Source: Thermoprotei archaeon | Lineage (GTDB): Archaea; Thermoproteota; Thermoprotei; Thermoproteales; B15-G16 | DNA length: 64,000 nt | Assembly (NCBI GenBank): GCA_003649205.1 | Contig: QMRC01000002.1 | Location: 20,770-84,769 of the forward strand | Direction of reading: 5' to 3' | Shown here: piece after piece, positions 10,006 to 18,981 of the stretch | Layout: each line of letters begins with the position of its first letter | How positions within the stretch are numbered: position 1 is the stretch's first letter | The notes under the pieces: model-generated | What the model was told of the DNA's origin: nothing | Database searches by the model: none | Seen by the model: the letters and a program-made list of their open reading frames with translations, nothing else | Position numbers and translations under genes: made by a program

Positions 10006-10590
10006 ATGACTTCGCTCTCACCCCATGAGGTTGCTGTACTTGGTCTGATACAGAAGGGGTACGATACTCCTGAGAAGATTGCTAGGTACCTAAATCTTGA
10101 CTTAGATAGTTGCTATGAACTACTCGATAAGTTGGAGAGAGATGGGTATCTAGAGAGCTATGTCAAGGGTTTCATATTTAAGAAGCGTGCATATAGGTTG
10201 ACGATGAAGGGGTTTGAAGAGCTGTGTAGAGCTAGGGATAGGTTAAGTGAGTTAGCTAGTAAGGTAAATGATCTGTTGAAGGTAGGTGATAGGGAGAAGA
10301 TTCGTGAGGTAGTTATGCCATTTATCGACTGGTTACCACTTCTACTCATTCTCGATCTCGTTGACTATATGTGGTTCTACTCCCTGCTCTCACTAATTGG
10401 TGTTAGACCTTGGTGGTTTCCTGTGTTTGTAGGTGGTGAGGAGGTTCCTACTGAAGTAGCTACCTCTGAGACTTCTGAAGAGAGTGGTGAAGATGTTGAG
10501 GAGGGTAGTGAGGTCTTTGAGGGTGAGGAGGAGTATGACCATGGGGATTATGGTGGTGAGGATGTGAGTGATGTAGGTGATTACTTCTAG
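10006..10590 (+). CDS. Winged-helix protein with central TM segment and highly acidic C-terminal tail
   Basis: 194 aa. N-terminal MarR-like wHTH (PEKIARYLNLDLDSCYELLDKLERDGYLE), a hydrophobic segment (LPLLLILDLVDYMWFYSLLSLIG) and a tail rich in E/D/G (EESGEDVEEGSEVFEGEEEYDHGDYGGEDVSDVGDYF). Confidence 0.55.
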   Translation: MTSLSPHEVAVLGLIQKGYDTPEKIARYLNLDLDSCYELLDKLERDGYLESYVKGFIFKKRAYRLTMKGFEELCRARDRLSELASKVNDLLKVGDREKIREVVMPFIDWLPLLLILDLVDYMWFYSLLSLIGVRPWWFPVFVGGEEVPTEVATSETSEESGEDVEEGSEVFEGEEEYDHGDYGGEDVSDVGDYF

Positions 10591-10614
10591 TCCTCTTCTC
10601 TACTTCAATGCTGT

Positions 10615-11802
10615 ATGGGTAGATTTGTTGAGGTTGTTCGTGGTTTGTATTACGAGGAGGAGTTGCTTAGGTCACTTACCAGGTTTATTGAGTGGAGCGA
10701 GTTAGTTGAGTTGTTTAGTGCTGTTAAGAGGCCTTGTCGAAAGTACTTTGTTCGTGTTAATACTGCTCTTATATCAGCTGGTGAATTGGTTGATTTGCTG
10801 AGGTCTAGAGGGTTTGAGGTGTATCAACATGAGTTTATTGAGGAGGCTATTTGGTTTCCAGTAGAGGGTCCATTTGAGTTACCTGTTGCTGATAAGGTTG
10901 TTGTTGCTGATAAGTATGCTGCTGAGAGTGTGTATCAGGGTGCTGATCTCTATGCTCCTGGTGTCGTGAAGGCTAATGGTGTGAAGCGTGGTGATGATGT
11001 TCTCGTAGTTGCTCCTACTGGTGAACCTGTTGGTTTTGGTGTAGCTGTTATGGATGGTGAGGAAATGATCAAGAGGAGGAGGGGGCTTGCTGTTAGGGTC
11101 TTGATATCCGTCTATAGAGCACCTAAGGTGAAGGAGTTACCTGAGTACAGGATGGGCCTTATCTACGATCAGAGCTTACCAGCGCAAGTAGTTACGAGAG
11201 TTCTCGATCCACAACCTGGTGAAGTTATTGTCGATATGTGTGCTGCTCCAGGTGGTAAGACAACGCATATAGCTCAACTACTTAGAGGTAGAGGAGTGGT
11301 GTATGCCTTCGACGATTCTAGTACAAGGATTAAGCGACTTGAGTACGAGGTTAAGAGAATGAAGTTGAGGAATGTAGTCGTCATCAAGCACGATTCACGG
11401 TATATTCACGTTGATTACCCTACGTTGAGAGCACATAAGGTCCTCATAGACCCACCTTGCTCAGCACTAGGTGTTCGACCGAAGCTCTATGACGTTAAGA
11501 GCTATCGTGAGGTAATTGGGTGCTCGGAGTATCAAAAGCAGTTTCTGAGAGAGGCTGTGAAGATCCTAGTTAGGGGAGGGGTCATAGTCTACTCAACTTG
11601 TACCATAACACCTGAGGAGAATGAAGAGATTGTGAGGTATGCGATTGAGAAATTGAGTCTAGAGCTTGAGGATACCGAGTATAGGAAATTGGGTTCACCA
11701 GCTCTACCACTACTTGGTAGGGAGAAGGGAGTAATCAGGTTTTACCCGCATAGACACGATACACCAGGGTACTTCATTGCTAAGTTCCGTAAGAGAAATT
11801 AG
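10615..11802 (+). CDS. RNA cytosine-C5 methyltransferase (NOL1/NOP2/Sun family) with PUA-like domain
   Basis: SAM motif DMCAAPGGKTTHIA, catalytic motif IV DPPCSALG and motif VI YSTCT. A PUA-like segment precedes the methyltransferase domain (GADLYAPGVVKANGVKRGDDVLV). Confidence 0.9.
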   Translation: MGRFVEVVRGLYYEEELLRSLTRFIEWSELVELFSAVKRPCRKYFVRVNTALISAGELVDLLRSRGFEVYQHEFIEEAIWFPVEGPFELPVADKVVVADKYAAESVYQGADLYAPGVVKANGVKRGDDVLVVAPTGEPVGFGVAVMDGEEMIKRRRGLAVRVLISVYRAPKVKELPEYRMGLIYDQSLPAQVVTRVLDPQPGEVIVDMCAAPGGKTTHIAQLLRGRGVVYAFDDSSTRIKRLEYEVKRMKLRNVVVIKHDSRYIHVDYPTLRAHKVLIDPPCSALGVRPKLYDVKSYREVIGCSEYQKQFLREAVKILVRGGVIVYSTCTITPEENEEIVRYAIEKLSLELEDTEYRKLGSPALPLLGREKGVIRFYPHRHDTPGYFIAKFRKRN

Positions 11803-11826
11803 GTTACTTACGTTAAGTACCTTAGC

Positions 11827-11878
11827 CGATGATTGAGCCCGATAGCTACTGAAAGGTGAAGAGTAAGAACCCCACTGA
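11827..11878 (+). ncRNA. C/D box sRNA candidate
   Basis: CGATGATTGA (imperfect C box)-GCCCGATAGCTA-CTGA-AAG-GTGAAGA-GTAAGAACCCCA-CTGA. The D'/C'/D half is perfect with 12-nt guides. It lies between convergent genes. Confidence 0.5.
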
Positions 11879-11885
11879 GGTTGAC

Positions 11886-13229
11886 CTAGAACACGTAGCA
11901 ATCCCTAACCTTGAGATGCGGTACTACCTCACTAACGTAGAGACCATGCTCAATAGAGGCCCTATAGCCTAATCTCCTACCGATACCCTCAATTAAGTGA
12001 AGTACTTTCGATGCCTGTATAGCTATGTGATCCACCTTAGCGGCAGACTTCACCTCACCTCTCTCAATAAACCAACCAACTTCAGGCCACAATACAATCA
12101 AGTCATCAGGTCTCAACTCAGCTCTAATGAGACCATCCACGTAGAATCCACGTTTAGTCTCCTCAATCATCTCACTAAATCTCCAATCACCAGGTTTAAC
12201 AACTAAGTTACTCTGCATAGCTTTAGGTACCGTGAAGAGACCACGGGCATTACCTGTCGGGTGTGTACCAAGTACGTGAGCAGACCAGCGAGTATGGAGT
12301 AAGTTCGTCAGTACACCATTCTCGATAAGGACTTTACTCCTAGCTTTAACACCTTCGTCATCGATGAAGTAGCTACCAGCACACCACTCTATGGTTGGGT
12401 CATCAATGACTGTCAATTCCTCACATCCAACCTTCACACCAATACTAGGTATCCTCCTCTGGATTAGTGCTCTATCAGCTTCTAGATAGTGAGCAACCTC
12501 GTGAATTAACGCACCAGCAACTGTAGGGCTTAAGATAACTTCAAATTTACTTCCACGAACTAGAGGATTTAGGAGCTTTGCTGTAGACATTGCACGTAAC
12601 CTCTCACAGATGGTATCGATCATAGGTTCAAGTCTTGACTTAATCTCACTGAAGGGTATTGATAGGGCGGTGTACTCAGCAGCTGATACGTTACCTATAA
12701 CAGCAGAGATAAGCACCTCAATTATTGACCTACCTTCGTGAACTAACGTAGTGTCACTATTCGCGTATACCTTATCGACTTCAGTAAATACCATCACAAC
12801 TTCAGTAATCACATCCCTAGAACTCAACTTCTCACGAATTCTATCACTTACGTACTGAATTAAGGCTATAACGTCCTCTAGCTGAGGAAATTCATGTACT
12901 TTCCTGAAGTAACCTCTCGTCGGTTCAATAGGTGGTATCGATACCCTGAAACCACCAGCAATAGCACTCGATGCTCTAGCAACGTGATGAGCTTCATCAA
13001 TTAACTCACTTCTCCAAGGTGTACACCTTGAAGCAACACCCCAAGCACCTCTATAGACGACTCTAGCTACAGAAACCACATCTTCATGTCTATTAACATC
13101 AATATTTGAGCCACGTAAAGCTACTTGAGTAGTCTTAATATAGAGCTGAGCAGCATCAGCATACTCAGCACCAAGTTCCTGAGCCTTCTCAATACCCTTC
13201 ACCATTAAGTCAACTTGCTGAAAAACCAT
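11886..13229 (-). CDS. TldD/PmbA family metallopeptidase
   Basis: 447 aa. HExxxH-like segment GALIHEVAHYLEAD and C-terminal conserved blocks (HPTGNARG, GFYVDG) are typical of TldD/PmbA. Confidence 0.8.
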   Translation of the reverse strand: MVFQQVDLMVKGIEKAQELGAEYADAAQLYIKTTQVALRGSNIDVNRHEDVVSVARVVYRGAWGVASRCTPWRSELIDEAHHVARASSAIAGGFRVSIPPIEPTRGYFRKVHEFPQLEDVIALIQYVSDRIREKLSSRDVITEVVMVFTEVDKVYANSDTTLVHEGRSIIEVLISAVIGNVSAAEYTALSIPFSEIKSRLEPMIDTICERLRAMSTAKLLNPLVRGSKFEVILSPTVAGALIHEVAHYLEADRALIQRRIPSIGVKVGCEELTVIDDPTIEWCAGSYFIDDEGVKARSKVLIENGVLTNLLHTRWSAHVLGTHPTGNARGLFTVPKAMQSNLVVKPGDWRFSEMIEETKRGFYVDGLIRAELRPDDLIVLWPEVGWFIERGEVKSAAKVDHIAIQASKVLHLIEGIGRRLGYRASIEHGLYVSEVVPHLKVRDCYVF

Positions 13230-13249
13230 AGTGTATCATGATGCATGAG

Positions 13250-14173
13250 TTACCCGAGAGTATATATGTACTGCCTCAATTCATACGCATTGCTAAATAC
13301 CCTGCTTAAAGGCATCACTAAGTAAGCTGCGTGAAGGTTAAAGTATGGAGGACCACGTCTAGTGAATATCGTCAACACTTTACCACCATGAGCTATGTGG
13401 TAACCAGCGAGAACAGGTTCATGACCACGAACAAGGACTCTAGAGTTAACTAGCTCTAGAAATCTCGTAGTTACATCAGGACCAAAGAGCTTACCAGCAC
13501 CTCTAGGAGATGGCACCGTACCAGTAATGTCATCTCTAGGATCATTCCAGAGAAGCTCTTCTAAATGAGGTTCCTGAGGATGCTTTAGAGGTGCTTTGGA
13601 GATATCCTCAATAGATTTAGCAGCTGAATCCGCACCACCATGAACGAAGAATACGCCGTTCTTAGCTCTGCACGCTACGAATAGTTCATTAAATAACCCC
13701 TCAAGCCTATGAACAATCTCCACACCTTCACTACCAAATAATCTTCGAAAGTAAAGAGGTGAATCATATGGATATACGAGGAGATCTGGCGGAAACTCAT
13801 GATTACCACGAAGTAGAATTACCTTATCTGGAAATTGAGTGAAGACTCTCAATACCGCATACCACACCTCAGGTGTTCTTGAACCTCTATCACCGTAGTC
13901 ACCTAGAAATAATAGGTAGAAGTCCTCTCTACTCCTCAACTTATTGGTGACATCATTCACTCTAAAGACATTGAGTAACGTATCGTAATCACCATGGAAA
14001 TCACTCATCACAACAATAGTACCCGTACTAGGTAGTTCAACAAGGTAATCACAGAAAACTAACTTACCTTTCTCACCACGTTCACGAAGCTCTCTAAGCA
14101 AATTAGTAGCATGTTCAATCAACTCTATGAATTCACGAGCAGTAACATTACTCAGATCAAACATACTCACCAC
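13250..14173 (-). CDS. Ser/Thr protein phosphatase (PPP-family metallophosphoesterase)
   Basis: Canonical PPP motifs SDFHGD, FLGDYGDRG, LRGNHE and VHGG. Confidence 0.85.
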   Translation of the reverse strand: MVSMFDLSNVTAREFIELIEHATNLLRELRERGEKGKLVFCDYLVELPSTGTIVVMSDFHGDYDTLLNVFRVNDVTNKLRSREDFYLLFLGDYGDRGSRTPEVWYAVLRVFTQFPDKVILLRGNHEFPPDLLVYPYDSPLYFRRLFGSEGVEIVHRLEGLFNELFVACRAKNGVFFVHGGADSAAKSIEDISKAPLKHPQEPHLEELLWNDPRDDITGTVPSPRGAGKLFGPDVTTRFLELVNSRVLVRGHEPVLAGYHIAHGGKVLTIFTRRGPPYFNLHAAYLVMPLSRVFSNAYELRQYIYTLG

Positions 14174-15229
14174 CTACAACGAATAAGCCCTAAGAAGTTC
14201 ACGAACTGCTTGAACCTTCTTCCTAGGGAGATCCTCACTATAGGACCTACCAGGGTACGGTCTATGCGTTGTCGCTATAACCAGATCTCTCTTACCATGC
14301 ATCTTCAAGAAGTACTCAACTAACTTAGTTAACTCACTCACGACAATAGAGTCATTGAAGATCAAGTCTATCGGTAAACCTGTGAAGAATACAGTACGCT
14401 TACTCAAGTCACTAAGTAATTTCCTAACCTCAATTATCCTACCAACCCACCTATAAGCAGCATCAACTGTTGACTTAGGACATAGATCTAGTGGGTGTAG
14501 TGCATCGTAGATAGAAGCTAGTTCACGAACTAAGTTGTTCCTAGTTATGTCACCATCTGTATGCAGTATTGCGTACTTACCTCTTCGCTTGATCGCATTT
14601 GCGAAGAGTCTATGCCAGTACAGGTACTTATCACGAACAAAGTCCCAGTTATAGAGAGTACCTCCGTACCAGCACACATCATCAGCTATCCTAACTGCAT
14701 CAACGATATCTAGCTCAGCACAGGCCTTAACTAGCTCAAGTATGTAAGATGCTATCCTATCATATATCTTAGTAGCTTCACTGTACCTAAGTTTTAAGTA
14801 GAGTGCAAAGTCAAACCTATGGTATATCTGACCAAGTTCCCTAGCTCTACTAGATTGCGGTGGTGCGAAGAATGCTTCAGCTGTCTCAGTAGGACCGAGT
14901 ATCTTACAGATAATGAACTTCTCTGAGGAGTACCTACGTGCTTCAGCTAAGAATGTTGTAACAGCTTCATTCACAACATCATCAGTACTAGGCCAGGGAT
15001 AGGAATCACAATAAACTCTACTACACCAATCAGTAAGTGACTCATTTTCGAACCTCCTAAATGGACCGCCAATAGAGTTGTACCTTCTCCACTCTCTTAT
15101 CTTAGCCCCAATACCAACAACATCACCGAGAAAGTACTCTTCATCCTTACTGTCTGACTCAACGTGCATGGGAATCCAAGCACCTTCACCACGTTCAAAG
15201 ACCTCGTAAACTACTCTCTTGGAGTTCAA
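14174..15229 (-). CDS. Uroporphyrinogen-decarboxylase (URO-D/MtaA)-like family protein, tentative
   Basis: 351-aa ORF abutting the phosphatase gene. The segment ELDIVDAVRIADD...YAILHTDGDI...YDALHPLD resembles the URO-D fold pattern. Only a weak by-eye match. Confidence 0.35.
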   Translation of the reverse strand: MNSKRVVYEVFERGEGAWIPMHVESDSKDEEYFLGDVVGIGAKIREWRRYNSIGGPFRRFENESLTDWCSRVYCDSYPWPSTDDVVNEAVTTFLAEARRYSSEKFIICKILGPTETAEAFFAPPQSSRARELGQIYHRFDFALYLKLRYSEATKIYDRIASYILELVKACAELDIVDAVRIADDVCWYGGTLYNWDFVRDKYLYWHRLFANAIKRRGKYAILHTDGDITRNNLVRELASIYDALHPLDLCPKSTVDAAYRWVGRIIEVRKLLSDLSKRTVFFTGLPIDLIFNDSIVVSELTKLVEYFLKMHGKRDLVIATTHRPYPGRSYSEDLPRKKVQAVRELLRAYSL

Positions 15230-15302
15230 GGCAGAAGACCTCCTACCAAGGAATTCAGGTACGTACTCAGAATATAGTTAATTCACTCTTTCGGTAAAAT
15301 AC

Positions 15303-15854
15303 CTACCTCTTCAACTCATCGAGCATACGCTCGAGAATTCTCGAAAGTTTACCTATGTGAGGGAGCTGCTTACCTTCATCCCTACTCCTCTCGATAACTT
15401 TCTGAATGAATGACCTATATAACTCAAGTACCTTAGGTAGCAGTTCCCTACACTTCTCCCTCTCATCCTCCCTTATGTACTCAAGTAGAAATGAGTGATC
15501 AGTTACATAGTAGTGAAATGCCTCTTCATATGAATCAGGTCTATATCGTCTAAGGTATGAGCAGAGTAGCTTACCGTCTCTAGAAGTAGCCTCAACGAAT
15601 ACCTCCTCCTTGTTCTTCGAGAATATGTACGATACCTTGACCTCAGTATCATTCCTAGTGTACTTCTTGATGAAGTGCACGTATACGTCGCTCGGTGTAC
15701 GTTCAAAGATCTCATCAGGGTACACTGATACCGTGAAGTTCTCTAGATTCATCTCTAGATCCCACACATACCACTTATCTGCTGAGACATCACCCTCAAT
15801 GAAGATTTCAAACCTATCACCTACTACCTTACCTCTAACCATTGTGAAGGACAT
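15303..15854 (-). CDS. Hypothetical protein
   Basis: The ORF track starts at GTG 15863. The ATG at 15854 is preceded by an SD-like GGTGAT. No recognisable motif. Confidence 0.5.
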   Translation of the reverse strand: MSFTMVRGKVVGDRFEIFIEGDVSADKWYVWDLEMNLENFTVSVYPDEIFERTPSDVYVHFIKKYTRNDTEVKVSYIFSKNKEEVFVEATSRDGKLLCSYLRRYRPDSYEEAFHYYVTDHSFLLEYIREDEREKCRELLPKVLELYRSFIQKVIERSRDEGKQLPHIGKLSRILERMLDELKR

Positions 15855-15867
15855 CCTGATCACCTAG

Positions 15868-15926
15868 TCAGCTTGGAAGAGTGTTCGTCATAGCGTAAGC
15901 TCATTGGGAGGTACCCTTCATCATCA
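15868..15926 (-). ncRNA. C/D box sRNA candidate in the 5' flank of 15303-15854
   Basis: The minus strand reads TGATGATGA-AGGGTACCTCCC-AATG-AGCTTACGCT-ATGACGA-ACACTCTTCCAAG-CTGA. The D box ends 13 nt before the downstream ATG. Confidence 0.55.
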
Positions 15927-15965
15927 ATAGTGAAAGTAGGGGTAAAGTATTTTAGCCTTCTCGAA

Positions 15966-16018
15966 AAGAAGACACATGCCCGCGACAACTGATTGGTGAA
16001 GACCGCAGGGTCGTCTGA
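15966..16018 (+). ncRNA. Weak C/D box sRNA candidate
   Basis: The 3' half is perfect: CTGA-TTG-GTGAAGA-CCGCAGGGTCGT-CTGA. The 5' C box is only AAGAAGA, with a 16-nt spacer. Confidence 0.3.
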
Positions 16019-16036
16019 GCCTATCGATGAAGAGCA

Positions 16037-16522
16037 CTACCTCTTAAGAAATTTCTTGATCTCCTCGAAAACTTCAATAGCATACACTTCTTTCGATGGA
16101 GCGGCTGAAGGTGGCTTGAAGATCACAGGTATACCGAGAGTTTTAGCTCCTTCAGCTAACTTCCTATCACCAGTCACGAGAATAGCACCAAGTTCACGAG
16201 CATACTTCAAAACATCTAAGTCATCTTTAACAGGAAGATACGTGACACCATCAGCACAGTACCTATCACTAATCCCAGAGCAAACCTCAAAAACCTCAAG
16301 CTTGAGACCATGGTCACGAGCAATCCTAACAAGCAACCCCCCTAACTTCCTCAAAGTCTCATCACACAAAACCCTAGCACACAAACCCCCAGAACTAGTA
16401 CAGGAACAAGAGCTAACTAATCTCAACCTCCTAACAAAATCCTCAAGTTCACTCAAAGACTCAAAACACAGCAATAGATAAACCTTCAAAGCAAACCCCA
16501 GAAGAAACACAACAGACAACAC
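16037..16522 (-). CDS. PIN-like (Mut7-C/DUF82-type) RNase domain protein
   Basis: RVLCDETLRKLGGLLVRIARDHGL ... AILVTGDRKLAEGAKTLGIPVI matches the Mut7-C/PIN pattern (xD.mLgkLar.LR..G ... ilLT.D..l). The true start may be the TTG near 16384. Confidence 0.5.
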   Translation of the reverse strand: MLSVVFLLGFALKVYLLLCFESLSELEDFVRRLRLVSSCSCTSSGGLCARVLCDETLRKLGGLLVRIARDHGLKLEVFEVCSGISDRYCADGVTYLPVKDDLDVLKYARELGAILVTGDRKLAEGAKTLGIPVIFKPPSAAPSKEVYAIEVFEEIKKFLKR

Positions 16523-16595
16523 ATATCAAACAAACGGACAGTATAACGACAAATCACAGAAAGAGCGAAACAACACAAGTAATAGGAGAAGTAAA

Positions 16596-16705
16596 CCCCC
16601 GAGGAGTGAGGTAGGGTCCTAGATCTCCGTTCCCTCTATACCTAGGGTAACCCCCTAGGTATAGAGGTACTTGGAGACCTAGGGCTCTACCCCACTCCTC
16701 GGGGG
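16596..16705 (-). ncRNA. 110-nt GC-rich near-perfect hairpin, candidate structured RNA
   Basis: Arms CCCCCGAGGAGTGAGGTAGGGTCCTAGATCTCC..CTCTATACCTAGGG and CCCTAGGTATAGAG..GGAGACCTAGGGCTCTACCCCACTCCTCGGGGG with a 5-nt loop. Several arm differences become G:U pairs. A palindromic TATA-like CTTATAAG (16729-16736) sits ~25 nt from the 16705 end, which favours minus-strand transcription. Confidence 0.4.
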
Positions 16706-16964
16706 CGTTTGAAATTATGTCTGTGTATCTTATAAGATTTTTGGTGTTATGTTTTGAGGTATTATACTTGTGGAAATTACGCTACTTTACTTAGTTCACT
16801 TGATCAGTGCTTTGGCCCTTCTTCATCTTTCTGTGGCTACCATCTTCATCATCATATGTCTTCTTGTTTGTCTGCATTATATGGGTATCTGTATTCATGT
16901 ACTTTCGCTAGGGTGCATGCTTAAAAGTTAGGTGATTGTGTAAATAATTAGAAAGGGGGTTAAG

Positions 16965-18134
16965 GTGCCTCGTGTAGTTCTTGTATCGACTTATCCACCT
17001 ACTCACTGCGGTGTGGCTGAGTACACTAGGTTTTTGGTCACTTCACTTAGGTCACTTCCCTACCGTAAGCTGGAGATTAAGGTTATTGGTGATGAAGGTT
17101 CTATGTCAGGTACAGATTCTGAAGCTGGTGTTGAGATTATTCCTACGTTTAGGGTTGGTTGTGCTGATTCTCTAAGTAGGGTTATTGATGTATTGACGGA
17201 GATTGATGGTACTGATATACTACATATACAGCATGAGTACGACATCTATACTCTGAGTCATGCCTTGGAGAGTGTACTTGAGGAGGTTAGAGATGAGAGG
17301 TTAGCTAAGGTTGTAGTCATTACGCTACATACAGTGTACACCCCTGTTAGAGGTCTTGAGAGCAGGGTCGAGATTCAGAGAGGTCTTATTGAGCAGGTAG
17401 ATGCTGTTATTGTGCATAGCATCCAGCAGGAATTTGAACTCTATACTCAAGGTGTTCCTCCTAGAAAGGTGTACAGGATACCTCATGGCACCTTAATAAA
17501 TCCATACCTACACTACTCCAGGAGATTTCTGTCAGAGAAGCTGGGTATTCCATTTGAGAGGTTGAGAGGTATTGTCCTTACGGTACCTGGATTCGTTAGA
17601 AAGGATAAGGGTCTCGATATCTTGATTCAAGCACTCTCAAAGCTTAAGGACTTGAAGCTAACTGTTGTCGTAGCTGGCGAAGTTAGAGATCGTGAGGTTA
17701 AGAAGCATATTGAGGAAGCTACTAGAGAGGGTAAGATGATAATGATTGAGAGATACCTGAGTAATGACGAATTGTTGATGCTGGTAGCACTGAGTGATGC
17801 TATTGTGCTACCATATAGAGATGCACCAGGTATTCTAAGTGTTAGTGGTATATTACACATATCGATGGGTAGCCTAAAGCCCTTACTCGGTTCGAGAGTA
17901 CCTAGATTGGTTGAGCTGTATCAGAATGCACCGAGATTGACCTTTAGACCCGAAGAACCTGAGGAACTGGCTCAAAAGATTAGGTGGTTAGTTAAGAACT
18001 ACGACTACACAATAGCGTACGCAAGTGCTCTATACAGCTACGCAGTTAGAACACAGTGGTTGAGAATGGCTAGAAGACACCTCAGTCTATACCTCGAGCT
18101 AGTGAAGGATAAGGTAGAGGGAAAGCAAGCTTAG
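16965..18134 (+). CDS. Glycosyltransferase, GT-B fold (family 4-like)
   Basis: 389 aa. The N-terminal VLVSTYPPTHCGVAEY and the C-terminal nucleotide-sugar-binding half (VVAGE...LPYRDAPGILSVSG) are typical of group 1 glycosyltransferases. Confidence 0.75.
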   Translation: MPRVVLVSTYPPTHCGVAEYTRFLVTSLRSLPYRKLEIKVIGDEGSMSGTDSEAGVEIIPTFRVGCADSLSRVIDVLTEIDGTDILHIQHEYDIYTLSHALESVLEEVRDERLAKVVVITLHTVYTPVRGLESRVEIQRGLIEQVDAVIVHSIQQEFELYTQGVPPRKVYRIPHGTLINPYLHYSRRFLSEKLGIPFERLRGIVLTVPGFVRKDKGLDILIQALSKLKDLKLTVVVAGEVRDREVKKHIEEATREGKMIMIERYLSNDELLMLVALSDAIVLPYRDAPGILSVSGILHISMGSLKPLLGSRVPRLVELYQNAPRLTFRPEEPEELAQKIRWLVKNYDYTIAYASALYSYAVRTQWLRMARRHLSLYLELVKDKVEGKQA

Positions 18135-18817
18135 GTACCATCCACCACAATATCTAATCCCTTGACCTCTCGCTCAAGCTCATTAACCAACCTCATCAGC
18201 CTCTCTAGCCTTGACCTAGCAATCATCTTGCTAACTTCAAAATTCATTGAATTAGGTAAGTGAATTAACTTCGTAAATACGTGATCTACACAGTACTTAT
18301 CCTCCATGAGAGGTCTAGATTGGGGAATAACCTCAGTAAGGTCATGAATAGCCCTTCCCAGGTACGCACCATACGCGATGACTCTAGCAAATCCAATAAC
18401 ACCAAGAGCATCTAACCTATCAGCATCCTGTAGAATAGCTGAGATGATATTAGATGGCTTCAAACCACTAGACCAACTATGCTCAGAAATAGCAGTTACA
18501 ATAATTCTCACACACTCACTACAAAGACCAAGATCAGTAAGTAACTTCCTAGCAAACTCACCTGATCTAGAAGCATGATCCTCCTTACCAAATAGCGGTA
18601 TAGCAATGTCATGTAGGTAGCAAGCAATCTCAAGTAACTTCAACTCCCTTAGATTTAGACCAAGTACTCTACCCAACTTGAGAGCCACATTACTAACCCT
18701 AATGACATGAGTTAAGTCGTGCGATATGGGTACCCTACCTCTAGCACCCTCATACACCTTAACCACGAAGTCTCTAACCCTATCAGCGACATAATTTAGT
18801 AACTCAACATCACACAT
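18131..18817 (-). CDS. HD-domain metal-dependent phosphohydrolase
   Basis: Motifs H..THVIRV, CYLHDIA and DADRLDALG. Confidence 0.8.
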   Translation of the reverse strand: MCDVELLNYVADRVRDFVVKVYEGARGRVPISHDLTHVIRVSNVALKLGRVLGLNLRELKLLEIACYLHDIAIPLFGKEDHASRSGEFARKLLTDLGLCSECVRIIVTAISEHSWSSGLKPSNIISAILQDADRLDALGVIGFARVIAYGAYLGRAIHDLTEVIPQSRPLMEDKYCVDHVFTKLIHLPNSMNFEVSKMIARSRLERLMRLVNELEREVKGLDIVVDGT

Positions 18818-18981
18818 ACATCCACCCAGTAAAAATGGGTAAAAATCAATAATTATTGATTAAGTAACTTAAGTAACTACGTAACAAATATATGCCACCT
18901 ACGTAGCAACACGTAAAACAAGACATGTAGTGTAGTATTTTGAGGAGTTTAATTACTTACTTCAACGTGGTGTTTAGGTAG

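Noticed and set aside
15993-16481. 162-aa + strand ORF opposite the PIN-like gene.
   Set aside because: The translation is S/T/K-rich and low-complexity, whereas the - strand frame carries the recognisable Mut7-C/PIN pattern.
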